DNA of 64,000 nucleotides from an uncultured Verrucomicrobia subdivision 3 bacterium (GCA_903865745.1 CAIPKV010000078.1:12649-76648), one strand, 5' to 3'; positions 38,461 to 48,313 are shown, counted from the stretch's first letter. Notes: generated by a model from the sequence alone, not told the origin. Numbers and translations: made by a program.

Positions 38461-39003
38461 ATGAAATTAAGTATGGCGCATGGCGTATGGCGAATTTCCC
38501 CCGGCACGGTCGACGGAAGAAACCTAAAGCTCTTTCGCGCTTTCACACTCATCGAAGTCATGGTTGTAATTGCCATCATCGGATTGGTCGCAGCAATGGG
38601 GATGCCGTCGTTACTGCGAGCAGTGCAAAAGGAAGGGATGCGCAAGGCACTAAGCGATTTTCAAGATGTGTGCTTCACGGCGCGCGAACGGGCAATTTTC
38701 TCCCACCAGAAAACTTCGGTGCTGATTCACCCGGCGCAGGGCGATTTTAGCGTGGACGGTGCGGCGACGGGCACGATGAATCACGGCAAGGTTGCCGCCA
38801 GCACGCTGCCTGACAATATCAAGTTCGCGATGCTCGACATTTTCCGGCAGGACTATTTGGAATCGGATTGGGCACGGATTTTCTTCTACCCAGACGGCAC
38901 CTGCGACGAATCGGTCATCGTCTTTCTAGGTCGGGGTGAATCGGAGAAAATCACGTTGGACTACGCCACCGCCACACCCATCGTCAGCGATGTGAACCAA
39001 TGA
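38461..39003 (+). CDS. Minor pseudopilin (GspH-like)
   Basis: AFTLIEVMVVIAIIG prepilin motif; FYPDGTC. Confidence 0.8.
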   Translation: MKLSMAHGVWRISPGTVDGRNLKLFRAFTLIEVMVVIAIIGLVAAMGMPSLLRAVQKEGMRKALSDFQDVCFTARERAIFSHQKTSVLIHPAQGDFSVDGAATGTMNHGKVAASTLPDNIKFAMLDIFRQDYLESDWARIFFYPDGTCDESVIVFLGRGESEKITLDYATATPIVSDVNQ

Positions 39004-39431
39004 AAACCGCGTCGAACAATTCCGCCCGTCGACACCGCGCGTTCTCGCTGCTGGAAGTGATGATTGCCATCGCCATGTTTTTCGTCGCCGCATTCGCCAT
39101 CTTGAGTCTGGTTTCTAGTGCGCTTGCCAATGCCCGTCGTCTACAGCGTCCGCTGGTGGACGCCGGCCCGGTTTTGGCGACGTACGCCAACACGAACATT
39201 CTGATCGAAGGCACCTACTCCGGTAATATGTCGGATATCCTTGGCAATGCCTATCGCGATTATAACTGGACAGCGGATATTGAAGAGGTTGCCACGAATA
39301 AATTGTTTAGCGTGCAATGCGTCGTTCTGTATCGCGGTGCCCGCGAGCCGGTCTCGGATCTGACCACGCTCCTGTATCGTCCGCAGTCGCCCGCCGGTAG
39401 TATGGAGGGTGCGAACTTCATTCATAAATGA
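39000..39431 (+). CDS. Minor pseudopilin (GspI-like)
   Basis: AFSLLEVMIAIA prepilin motif; position in the cluster. Confidence 0.8.
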   Translation: MKTASNNSARRHRAFSLLEVMIAIAMFFVAAFAILSLVSSALANARRLQRPLVDAGPVLATYANTNILIEGTYSGNMSDILGNAYRDYNWTADIEEVATNKLFSVQCVVLYRGAREPVSDLTTLLYRPQSPAGSMEGANFIHK

Positions 39432-40195
39432 AATTGCCTTGTTCCAACTTCAAATGGCGAATGCTGGCAATCAACCGGGCGTTCACGCTCATTGAAATCA
39501 TGATTGCCATTGCGGTCTTCACTATGGTCATCGGGGCGATTTACGCCACTTGGGCGGTGATCATGAAGTCCAGCCAGGTCGCGCAGGACGTGGCTGCGCA
39601 GGCACAGCGCCAGCGCATTACGCTGCGCACCATCGAAGATTCGCTCATGGCTATCCAATCATTCCAAGCGTCGCCGCAGTATTACAGCTTTGTGGTGGCG
39701 GGCGACGAAGACGCATCCGTGTTGAGTTTTACCGCGCGTGTCCCGGAGATTTTTCCGCGCAACGGCAAGTTCGCCAACCCGAACACCCAGCGCGATTTCA
39801 ATCTTCGCCGGCTCACGTTTTCGCTTGAAGCCGGCAACGGTTCTGAGAAGAGCCTCGTGCTGCGCCAGAACCCGGTGCTGATGGATTTGGATGCGGACGA
39901 ACAACAATACCCGCTCGTGCTGGCGCGCAATGTTCGTAAATTTGCGGTGGAATGCTGGGACCCGGTCAAGCTGGACTGGGTCAAGGAATGGAAGGACACC
40001 AACACCAACTCCATCCCGACCATGCTGCGGGTGAACCTTGTGCTTGGCGGCAACACCACTGCCGGTGCTGCCGCGCCAGATTTTGCTGTGGCCCGCTTAT
40101 ATTCAATACCGTCGAAGCCGCTGCCCGCGGCAACGCAAAATGCCGGCAGCGTGCCCAACACCGCTCAGGTCCCACCGCCCACGGTTAACCCATGA
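39428..40195 (+). CDS. Minor pseudopilin (GspJ-like)
   Basis: AFTLIEIMIAIA motif; position in the cluster. Confidence 0.8.
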   Translation: MKLPCSNFKWRMLAINRAFTLIEIMIAIAVFTMVIGAIYATWAVIMKSSQVAQDVAAQAQRQRITLRTIEDSLMAIQSFQASPQYYSFVVAGDEDASVLSFTARVPEIFPRNGKFANPNTQRDFNLRRLTFSLEAGNGSEKSLVLRQNPVLMDLDADEQQYPLVLARNVRKFAVECWDPVKLDWVKEWKDTNTNSIPTMLRVNLVLGGNTTAGAAAPDFAVARLYSIPSKPLPAATQNAGSVPNTAQVPPPTVNP

Positions 40196-41244
40196 AGATT
40201 TCAAGACATGACCAGCGCGGCTTTGCCGTCATCATCGTCCTGGTGGCGATAACGGTGCTGTCCATTCTGGCGGGCGCGCTGGCGGTGTTCATGAAGGTGG
40301 AATCGCAGCTTACGCAGAATGGCAACGACGACGAAAAACTGTTGTGGCTCGGTCGCGCTGGCGTGGAACGCGCCTGCTGGATTCTCGCGCAGGAGCCTGG
40401 CAGCCCGACGTGCCTGAAACAAATTTGGGCGGGCGGCCCGGGCTACGGACCGGAGACGAACAGTCCGCTCGCCGGTATTTCGCTGGATAATTATTCGGTC
40501 GGCGACGGCACGGTCTCGTTGAAAATCATTGAGCAGGAAAGCAAGATTAGCATCAACCGCGCCGACGCCCCGCTGCTGAACCAAATTCTCACCACGATGG
40601 GTGCGGATGCCGGCGACATTTCCGTGGTATCCGATTCCATTCTGGATTGGATTGGCCCCCCCGGCGGTCCGCGCGCCGCTGGTGCTGAGAGCGATTATTA
40701 CCAAGGGCTCACGCCGCCTTACAACGCCAAGAATGCGCCAATTGACGACATTGAGGAATTGCAACTCATCAAAGGCATCACGCCGGAAATGTTCAAGGGC
40801 ACGCCGCCCGATCCGGACGCCCAGTTCGTGCATCACAAGCTCGGCTTCGGCAATGCCCCCGGACAGGCGCCGGATTACATCTTCGGCTTGCGCGACGTGC
40901 TGACGCCCTATTCCAGCGGCAAGATCAACATCAATACCGCCGACAGCAATGTGCTCGCCTGCATCCCCGGCATTGATGGCGATGCCATTCAAAACATCAT
41001 GACGTACCGCAATAGCGAGGGCGGCTACGAGAGCTCCGATGGCGTTTTCCAAAATCTCGGCCCCTTGAACGCCATGATTTCCAATCCGCTCGGCCAGCAG
41101 CAGATTGGCCGGTATCTCGATGTCCACGGCACCGTCTATGAGGTGCACGCCACCGCGCAAACCGGGACCAGCCAGCGCGAGTTCATCGCCGTCGTGTTGC
41201 GCAATGGCAACAACGTCTCAATCGTCGGGTTCCACCCGAAATGA
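40192..41244 (+). CDS. gspK: Type II secretion protein GspK
   Basis: RGFAVIIVL lacking E5, SKISIN, ILDW, ELQLIKGIT and GKININTA motifs. Confidence 0.85.
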   Translation: MKISRHDQRGFAVIIVLVAITVLSILAGALAVFMKVESQLTQNGNDDEKLLWLGRAGVERACWILAQEPGSPTCLKQIWAGGPGYGPETNSPLAGISLDNYSVGDGTVSLKIIEQESKISINRADAPLLNQILTTMGADAGDISVVSDSILDWIGPPGGPRAAGAESDYYQGLTPPYNAKNAPIDDIEELQLIKGITPEMFKGTPPDPDAQFVHHKLGFGNAPGQAPDYIFGLRDVLTPYSSGKININTADSNVLACIPGIDGDAIQNIMTYRNSEGGYESSDGVFQNLGPLNAMISNPLGQQQIGRYLDVHGTVYEVHATAQTGTSQREFIAVVLRNGNNVSIVGFHPK

Positions 41245-41280
41245 GTTGAATTCAGGCGCCCGCCCGCTATCGTTGCCCCC

Positions 41281-41742
41281 ATGCGCGCGCTCTTGATTTT
41301 GCTGCTCACGCTCAGCCTTTGCGGGGCGGCCACGGCCGCTGACGCCGTCACTGGCCGCGTCGTGAAAGTCCTGCCGCTGCTGCTCGATTTAAAGGGTCGC
41401 ACCGCCCTCTCCCCCAGCCTCTTTGACCGCGACGCCTATCAGGCCAAGCTGCGTCAGGAGACCAATCAGATTTCTGCCATTCGCTACGACGTGCTGTGGA
41501 CCGTTAAAAATGCGGGCGAAGAAAGATTCAAGGTCCGGCTCGAACTGCGCGGCGTCAGCACCAACAGCCTGCCGAAATTCAAGACGCTCGAAGCCGAGGA
41601 TACCCCCGGCTTTTTCAGTCGGTGGACCTCCCTCACGCTCACTGGCAACGAGTACAAGAGTTTTGGCGCCATCACTGCCTGGCGCGCGACTCTGTGGCAC
41701 AACGACCAGCAGTTGGGCGAGCAGAAATCCTTTTTGTGGTAA
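41281..41742 (+). CDS. Secreted hypothetical protein
   Basis: Signal peptide; C-terminal AWRATLW...EQKSFLW. Confidence 0.7.
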   Translation: MRALLILLLTLSLCGAATAADAVTGRVVKVLPLLLDLKGRTALSPSLFDRDAYQAKLRQETNQISAIRYDVLWTVKNAGEERFKVRLELRGVSTNSLPKFKTLEAEDTPGFFSRWTSLTLTGNEYKSFGAITAWRATLWHNDQQLGEQKSFLW

Positions 41743-41760
41743 ACCGTTCTTCCCCGCCGC

Positions 41761-42285
41761 ATGATTCCCGTCAAAATCTTCTGCGAATGCGGCCAGAAAT
41801 ACGCCTTTGAAGTGCAGCCGCACAATGGTGGCATGCCCGTAGCCGTTGCCTGTCCCGCCTGCAATCGCGATGGCACGCCCGCCGCCAATCAGTTCCTCGC
41901 CCGGATTCTTAAGGGCAAAACCCAGCCGCTGCCGCCGCCCGCCGTCAACACCCTGCTGAATTCCGTTCAGTCCAGCCTCGCGCCGCATCTCGTGGACGCC
42001 CTCAAGGACGCCGTGGTGCAGGAACTCGCCGCGCAGCGCCGCGAACTGCTCGCCGGCCAGCAGGCCGCCGCCGCCGAGCTCACCGAACTTGCGCGCCGCC
42101 TCGAAGCCGTCCAGACCCCGATGCTCGAACGCCTCCGCGCCTATGAGCAGCGCATCGTTGAATTGGAACGCGACCTCGCCGATCAGTCGAAGGAAAACCG
42201 TGAGCTACTGAAGCTGAAAATTGATATGCTCCGCGAAAAGATTGAGACCGAGCGCACCGCCAGCCGCAGCGTCAATTTCAACTAA
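41761..42285 (+). CDS. Hypothetical protein with an N-terminal zinc ribbon and a coiled coil
   Basis: CECGQKY...CPAC; heptad-rich C-terminus. Confidence 0.7.
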   Translation: MIPVKIFCECGQKYAFEVQPHNGGMPVAVACPACNRDGTPAANQFLARILKGKTQPLPPPAVNTLLNSVQSSLAPHLVDALKDAVVQELAAQRRELLAGQQAAAAELTELARRLEAVQTPMLERLRAYEQRIVELERDLADQSKENRELLKLKIDMLREKIETERTASRSVNFN

Positions 42286-42294
42286 AAGGCTCAA

Positions 42295-43209
42295 CTAGTC
42301 CTGCGCCCCGTTCTTCTTCTCCTGCGCCACCAGCGCCTGCTCGAAACAGTCCAGCGCCTCGTCATAACGTTTTAGCCGGTTCAGCAAGCCGCCCTTTTGC
42401 AGATGCGCAGTGACCAGCGTTCCGTCCGCCGCAATCGCGCGATTGCAAGTCGCCAGCGCCTCGTCATTGCGACCCAGCTTTTCCAACGCCGCCGCCCGTT
42501 TGACCAGCGCCTCGGCGTGATTCGGTTGTGCGGCCAGAATCTTATCCGCCGCGAGCAGCGCCGGCTGCGGCTGGTTGGTATCAATCAGCTTTTGGATATC
42601 CGCCAGTGGATCGCCCGAGGTTGCAACCAGGTTTTCCGGCAACAATTTCTGGCCGCCTTCCAGCTCGTGAATGCGTTTCTCCAACTGCCCCACCACATCG
42701 AGCAGGCGCGCATTGGAAGTTTCCACCGTCGCGCGGCCCGGCGCCGCGAGCTGATGCACCGCGTTCGCATTGGCGATGGCCGCCTGATGGTGCGCGGAGA
42801 TTTCGGCAATCTGCGAGAACGCGCGCCACTGGAAATAAACCATCAGCAGCAGGATGCCCAGGCCCGCCAGACCGAACCCGCCCGCCAGCAGCAACGTGAG
42901 CCGCTGCGTCTGCCGCGCCGATTCCGCCTCCGCGTTATGCTGGTCCGCAACCGATTGTTCGAGCGCCTGCAAGCGCGCCGCCAGCAGGTCGGCGTTGCTC
43001 TTGGCGGCATCCGCCGCGGCCGCCTGATTTTGTTCGAGGGCGAGCTGCGTGGCGTGGATCTGCTCCTGAATCTGGAGATAATTATTGGAGACATCATCGC
43101 GCCCGCCATTCGTAGCCGGGTTGGGAGCCGGGTTGGTGGGCTGCGCCAAAACATTCAACGCCAGCAGGAGGCTGGCAATCACCGTCAAAACTTTATGCGA
43201 CAAATTCAT
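42295..43209 (-). CDS. Membrane protein with a coiled coil and C-terminal TPR repeats
   Basis: Signal peptide, TM helix, TPR motifs (ALEKLGRNDEAL, LLNRLKRYDEALDCFEQAL). Confidence 0.8.
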   Translation of the reverse strand: MNLSHKVLTVIASLLLALNVLAQPTNPAPNPATNGGRDDVSNNYLQIQEQIHATQLALEQNQAAAADAAKSNADLLAARLQALEQSVADQHNAEAESARQTQRLTLLLAGGFGLAGLGILLLMVYFQWRAFSQIAEISAHHQAAIANANAVHQLAAPGRATVETSNARLLDVVGQLEKRIHELEGGQKLLPENLVATSGDPLADIQKLIDTNQPQPALLAADKILAAQPNHAEALVKRAAALEKLGRNDEALATCNRAIAADGTLVTAHLQKGGLLNRLKRYDEALDCFEQALVAQEKKNGAQD

Positions 43210-43279
43210 ACTCGAAGAAAACAGCGTGGCAGCAGATAAAATGAAGTCAAGTCTCGCAGGCGCAGGTCAAACCGATTAC

Positions 43280-43357
43280 CGGTGGGGCGAGCGTCCTCGC
43301 GAGCCGACGTGGTCTGTCAACGGGTGGCAGCGGCTCGCGGGGACGCTCGCCCCACCG
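43280..43357. repeat. REP doublet (REPIN-like), GTGG variant
   Basis: CGGTGGGGCGAGCGTCCTCGCGAGCCG ... CGGCTCGCGGGGACGCTCGCCCCACCG, near-perfect inverted pair. Confidence 0.85.
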
Positions 43358-43365
43358 ACAAAAAA

Positions 43366-44145
43366 TCATTTCGGTAGATCAAACTCCAGCCGCGTACGCG
43401 AGCCGGTCTGGACATTGCGGATTTCCATCTCCTGCAATTCCCACTGGCCGTTGACCTTCTTAAACGATTTCGGCGCGAACTCCTTGAGCAACTGGCCGCG
43501 CGCATCGTAAGCCTCGGCCTGGACGATGCCGCCGCTGTCCTCATCGATCCACGACACCACGCGCGAATAGTCGGGAAGATTGGGAAACGCATTGGGATTC
43601 GGATTGGTGCTTTCAAGGACTTGGCAGGCGCAATTGCGGCGGAATTCCTTTTTCAAGACCTTCTGCGCCGGCCAATGAAAAAACTCGAGCCCTAAATCCA
43701 TCGCCCAAAAATCTCCGGCAAAATGCAACTTGTCCACAACTTCGGATCTTTTCAGGATATGCGGCAGGTGATTGGTCGAAACAAGCGTCATCTCATACTG
43801 ATTGGAACCCGAACCATCATGTACAACCACGAGCTTTTCAAAAGCCACTTTATTTGTGAGCAGCGTTTTTTGATAAACACTAGTCCAATTGGTTGGCGTC
43901 ACGATGATTTCAAACTTCATTGGAATTTCTGAGCGTATTCCATTCTCATCGCGGATTTTTAATGTTCCAGTCAGCGTTGAATTGGTCGCCGGACGTTGTT
44001 CTAAAAACCGCTGCGCCAGTTTGCGCCCTTCAATTTCCGAGTCAGACAAGCCGTTCGTCGTCTGCGCCTTCGCGCCTAAGGCCAAAAACAGCACCAATCC
44101 AGCCATTAAACCGGTGGCGGGGCGGAATATCGTCCAGAACTTCAT
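43366..44145 (-). CDS. Outer-membrane lipoprotein-sorting (LolA-like) protein
   Basis: Signal peptide; FAGDFWAMDL, YSRVVSWID and FKKVNGQW motifs. Confidence 0.75.
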   Translation of the reverse strand: MKFWTIFRPATGLMAGLVLFLALGAKAQTTNGLSDSEIEGRKLAQRFLEQRPATNSTLTGTLKIRDENGIRSEIPMKFEIIVTPTNWTSVYQKTLLTNKVAFEKLVVVHDGSGSNQYEMTLVSTNHLPHILKRSEVVDKLHFAGDFWAMDLGLEFFHWPAQKVLKKEFRRNCACQVLESTNPNPNAFPNLPDYSRVVSWIDEDSGGIVQAEAYDARGQLLKEFAPKSFKKVNGQWELQEMEIRNVQTGSRTRLEFDLPK

Positions 44146-44255
44146 CCGGCAACGCTAGGACGTCCGCCCATGCCTGTCCAGTAGGGATTCTGCAAAACGC
44201 CGCCGACGCCGGTTCGCCCCCCGCCAAGTCCAAAACCGGCTCAAAAACCTCAAAA

Positions 44256-44645
44256 GGAGGCGATTTTGACTAAAAACGACGCTTTTCGACCAAAAACGCC
44301 TCGTCACCAGCGGTAGATGCACGTGCATCTGCGTCATTTGGAGATGCAAATGCCGCAGGTGATGCATCACTTGCCGTAGTTGCATGTGCAAATGCGGCAC
44401 TTGCACACGCAAATACGCCATCTGCACACGCAAGTACGTCATCTGCACGTGCAAATGGCGCATTTGCACGTTGGAATGGCTTAGTTGAAGCTCCAACTAC
44501 GGCATTTGCACATGCAAATGCCCTAGATGCACGTGCAACTGCCGCGTTTGTACATGCAAATGAGGCAGGTTGAGCGCCGTTTACCTCGGCTGCACGCTCA
44601 GCTGACGCCGATGAAACGTCACCCGAACTGGCTTGGAAGGCAGAT
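44256..44645. repeat. 21-bp-period palindromic array C (~14-16 units) with terminal motif and phased A-tracts
   Basis: 16-bp palindromes at 44315+21n (AGATGCACGTGCATCT, ATTTGCACATGCAAAT, etc.); 44256-44277 is the reverse complement of the array A terminal motif (20/22). Confidence 0.9.
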
Positions 44646-44694
44646 TTACCCGTTGAATCGGGATTTGGGGCAGACCGACAGGGGAAAAGGGGGG

Positions 44695-47106
44695 TTACTT
44701 CGCCGCGAGCGCCAGTTGCAGCACCTCGGATATCTGCTTCACGAAGTGTACCTTCAGCTTGGCGCGCACTTCCGCCGGCACATCCTCCCAATCCGGCCGG
44801 TTGCCCTCGGGCAGAATCACCTGCTTCACGCCGAAGCGCGACGCGGCAATCACCTTTTCCTTGATGCCGCCCACGCGCATCACGCGCCCGCGCAAACTAA
44901 TCTCGCCGGTCATCGCCGTGTCGGAACGCACGCGCCGCTTGCTCATGAGCGAGGCGAGCGCCGCGCAAATGGTCACGCCCGCGCTCGGTCCGTCCTTCGG
45001 TGTGGCCCCGGCGGGCACGTGAATGTGCAAATCGTATTTGCCGTAATCGTCAAAATCGAGGTCGAGCTTCTTTGCCTGACTGCGCAGATAGCTCACGGCG
45101 GTCTGCGCGCTCTCCTTCATCACTTCGCCGAGCGACCCGGTGAGAATCAAACTGCCGCGCCCGCGCATCCGCGTGGCTTCGATGAAGAGGACGTCGCCGC
45201 CCACCGGCGTCCACGCCAGCCCGGTCGCAATGCCAATCTCATCAATCTTCTCCGCGCTCTCCAAAACGAACTTCGCGTGGCCGAGATAGCCTTTCACATC
45301 CTTCGGCTCCAGCTTGATGGTTTGCGCCGAACCGTTCAGGGCCACAATCTTGCGCGCGGCTTTGCGGGCGAGCGCGGCGATCTCGCGTTCGAGCTGGCGC
45401 ACGCCGGCTTCGCGCGTGTATTCGCGGATCAATTCGCGCAGCGCGGCGTCAGAAATCTTCACGTCATTGCGCGTCAGGCCGTGTTCCTCCAACTGGCGCG
45501 GCACGAGGTAGCGCCGGGCAATCTGCAATTTCTCCGACTCGGTGTAGCTGGGCAGCTCGATGACTTCCAACCGGTCGCGCAGCGCGGGATGAATCGGGTC
45601 GAGCCAGTTCGCGGTGGCGATGAAGAGCACGCGCGACAAATCAAACGGCAGATCGAGGTAATGATCGGTGAACGTGTGGTTCTGCGCGGGGTCGAGCACT
45701 TCGAGCAGCGCGGACGCCGGATCGCCGCGCACATCCGCACCGACCTTGTCGAGCTCGTCGAGCAGGATGACGGGATTGCGACTCTCAACGCGGCGCAGCG
45801 TCTGCAAAATCCGGCCCGGCAACGCGCCCACGTAAGTGCGGCGATGCCCGCGAATCTCCGCCTCGTCGCGCATGCCGCCGAGCGCGATGCGGGCGAACTT
45901 GCGGCCGAGCGCGTCGGCCACGCTTTTGCCGAGCGACGTCTTGCCCACACCGGGCGGGCCAACGAGGCAAAGGATCGGGCCTTTGATTTCTTTACGCCGC
46001 TTGAGCACGGCGAGAAATTCCAGCAGGCGGTCTTTCACCTTCGCGAGGCCGAAATGTTGGTCGTCTAAAATCTTCTCTGCCACCTTGAGGTCGAGCTTGT
46101 CCTCGGTCTCCTGCTGCCACGGCAGCGCGAGAATCCAGTCGAGGTAATTGCGCGAGACGCCGTATTCGGCGGCAGCGGGCGACGTCTGCTGCATCCGGTC
46201 AAGCTCCTGATTCGCGGCCTTGCGCGCTTCGTCAGGCAGCTTGGCCTTCTCAATCTTCTCGCGCAGCGTGCGAATCTCGTTGGCGTTCGGGTCGGTGTCG
46301 CCGAGCTCGCGCTGGATGACGCGCATCTGTTCGCGCAGGAAAAAGTCGCGTTGCGTCTTGGAGATGTTGGACGCCACGTCGTTCTGGATCTTGGAACTTA
46401 GGTTCAGCACCTCCTGTTCGCGGCTCAGGAGCGGCAGCAGCTTTTGCAAACGCTCGCGGACGGATATGGTTTCGAGCAACTTCTGCTTATCCGCCAGCGG
46501 CAGGCCGAGGTTCGCGGCGATGAGGTCGGCGAAGTGGCCGGGATGCTCGTTGTTGAGCGCGGCAATCTTGACCTGATCCGATAGCGCGGTGGAAACTTTG
46601 GCAATCTCCTCGAACTGCTTATGCGCATTGCGCAGCATCGCCTGCAACTCGACGGAATCCTCCGTCTCATCGCGCAGCAGCTCGTAGCTCGCGCGCAGAT
46701 ACGGGTCCGCCGGCTGAAACTTATCGAGCCGGATGCGCCACAGGCCTTCAACCAGAATGCGCACGGTGCCGTCGGGAAACTTCACCATCTTATTTAGCCG
46801 GGACACGCAACCCACCCGGTGCAGGTCATCCGGTCCCGGCTCGGGGACATCAGGATTCAGCTGCAACACGGCGGCAAACAGGCGATCGCCCGCGACGAGG
46901 TCGTCCACGAGTTTGAGGCTGGGGCCGGTCTCGACGAGCAGCGGCACGACCGCGCCCGGAAATATCACTATGTCCGAAAGGCCGAGGATGGGCAGGAGTT
47001 CCGGCAGCGTACGCGACGACACGCGCCCCGGCGCCTCGCCCTTTTCGCCGGTGCTGAGGATGCTGACAAACTCTGTCTCGGCCGATTTTGTCGTCGTATT
47101 ATCCAT
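44695..47106 (-). CDS. lon: Lon ATP-dependent protease
   Basis: GPPGVGKTS, EIRGHRRTYVG and PKDGPSAG motifs; N-terminal LON domain. Confidence 0.97.
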   Translation of the reverse strand: MDNTTTKSAETEFVSILSTGEKGEAPGRVSSRTLPELLPILGLSDIVIFPGAVVPLLVETGPSLKLVDDLVAGDRLFAAVLQLNPDVPEPGPDDLHRVGCVSRLNKMVKFPDGTVRILVEGLWRIRLDKFQPADPYLRASYELLRDETEDSVELQAMLRNAHKQFEEIAKVSTALSDQVKIAALNNEHPGHFADLIAANLGLPLADKQKLLETISVRERLQKLLPLLSREQEVLNLSSKIQNDVASNISKTQRDFFLREQMRVIQRELGDTDPNANEIRTLREKIEKAKLPDEARKAANQELDRMQQTSPAAAEYGVSRNYLDWILALPWQQETEDKLDLKVAEKILDDQHFGLAKVKDRLLEFLAVLKRRKEIKGPILCLVGPPGVGKTSLGKSVADALGRKFARIALGGMRDEAEIRGHRRTYVGALPGRILQTLRRVESRNPVILLDELDKVGADVRGDPASALLEVLDPAQNHTFTDHYLDLPFDLSRVLFIATANWLDPIHPALRDRLEVIELPSYTESEKLQIARRYLVPRQLEEHGLTRNDVKISDAALRELIREYTREAGVRQLEREIAALARKAARKIVALNGSAQTIKLEPKDVKGYLGHAKFVLESAEKIDEIGIATGLAWTPVGGDVLFIEATRMRGRGSLILTGSLGEVMKESAQTAVSYLRSQAKKLDLDFDDYGKYDLHIHVPAGATPKDGPSAGVTICAALASLMSKRRVRSDTAMTGEISLRGRVMRVGGIKEKVIAASRFGVKQVILPEGNRPDWEDVPAEVRAKLKVHFVKQISEVLQLALAAK

Positions 47107-47150
47107 CCGTGGTTATTAGATAAGACCGCGCCCGATAAGTACAGGCCCGG

Positions 47151-47564
47151 TTAAACTCCTTCGCTGATGGGAACTTTAGTGGTCTTGGGCAGCGGCTTCT
47201 GGGCCGGCGGCACGTCCACACGCAGAAAACCGTTGATGTAAACCGCCTTCGCCTGACCCAAATCGTAACCGGGCGGCAGATCAAGCACCGTCTCGAACGG
47301 CCCGTAGCTAATCTCCATCACCAGAAAACTGCAATGCGGCGAGCGACAGCAATCCGGCCGGACGCCGTTGATGCGCAGGCGCTGGCCTTCCACGGTGATT
47401 TCGAGGCTGTCGCTCTTCATGCCGGCGAGTTCGGCTTTGATGACGAGACCGGCTTCCGTGATATAAATATCCGTATTCGGGGTCCACCGACCCGTGGCCG
47501 CCTCGCCCGCACCGTTAGGGCGTTGGAAGAAATGAGTGGTGGAACTGGATTTGGTGACTGCCAT
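47151..47564 (-). CDS. Hsp20/alpha-crystallin small heat-shock protein
   Basis: WTPNTDIY, EISYGPF and AVYINGFL motifs; upstream of lon. Confidence 0.88.
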   Translation of the reverse strand: MAVTKSSSTTHFFQRPNGAGEAATGRWTPNTDIYITEAGLVIKAELAGMKSDSLEITVEGQRLRINGVRPDCCRSPHCSFLVMEISYGPFETVLDLPPGYDLGQAKAVYINGFLRVDVPPAQKPLPKTTKVPISEGV

Positions 47565-47606
47565 GCGAAAAGTTGGTTATTTGAATTCTCGTCCTGATTA
47601 AATCCG

Positions 47607-47765
47607 TCAAGGCGTGGCTTTCTTCGACTTGGCGTCGGCTTCGCCCTCGTGCGGACAGCCGCAACCGCAACCGTGCTTGTGATCTTTGGTGCCGGAACTG
47701 CGCCACACAAAAAAGGCGGCAACGCCCACCACGACCGCCAGTGTAATGATATTCTGCCAGCTCAT
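47607..47765 (-). CDS. Small Cys-rich membrane protein (FeoB-associated type)
   Basis: MSWQNIITLAVVVGVAAFFVW...HGCGCGCPH. Confidence 0.65.
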   Translation of the reverse strand: MSWQNIITLAVVVGVAAFFVWRSSGTKDHKHGCGCGCPHEGEADAKSKKATP

Positions 47766-47890
47766 GCCGCCAACATAATCTCTATCAGCCAACGCGCAAA
47801 TGGAATTTTCTATCGGCCCCCACTCTCTGCCAATCCGGCCCGGCCCAACTTTGCGCCTTGAACCGCCCGCCCGTAACCGTAAATTGGCGC

Positions 47891-48313
47891 ATGGCCGAAT
47901 TGTTCCGCCACGCGCACCGCGTGACCTACGCCGAATGCACCGTCGGCAACCACATCTACCACGCGCGCTACCTCGACCTGCTCGAGGCGGCGCGCGGCGA
48001 ATTCATGCGCGCCCTCGGCACGCCGGTGCTGACGTTGCAGGACGCCGACTATATTTTCCCCGTCATCGAGGCGCGGCTGCGCTACAAATTTCCCGCGCGC
48101 TACGATGACGCGCTGACCATCGAAGTCTGGCTGACGCTCGTCGAGCGGGTGCGCCTGAACTTCGGCCATCGCATTGTGAACCAGAACGGCCAGCTAATTC
48201 TCGAGGCAGAAACCTTTCATTGCTGCACCAGCCGCGATGAAAAGCCGAAGCGCCTGCCGCCGGAACTCGTGGAAAAGCTGAAGCCGTACCTAAGTCCGAC
48301 AACTTTGTTCTAG
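47891..48313 (+). CDS. Acyl-CoA thioesterase (YbgC/FadM hot-dog fold)
   Basis: RVTYAECTVGNHIYHARYLDLLEAAR and PARYDD motifs. Confidence 0.85.
   Translation: MAELFRHAHRVTYAECTVGNHIYHARYLDLLEAARGEFMRALGTPVLTLQDADYIFPVIEARLRYKFPARYDDALTIEVWLTLVERVRLNFGHRIVNQNGQLILEAETFHCCTSRDEKPKRLPPELVEKLKPYLSPTTLF

Noticed and set aside
37189-41244. T2SS cluster lacking gspG, gspE and gspD as a novel system
   Set aside because: Split T2SS/T4P loci are common, and the missing genes are probably elsewhere in the genome.
47565-47606. CIRCE operator upstream of hsp20-lon
   Set aside because: No TTAGCACTC-N9-GAGTGCTAA-like inverted repeat is visible.
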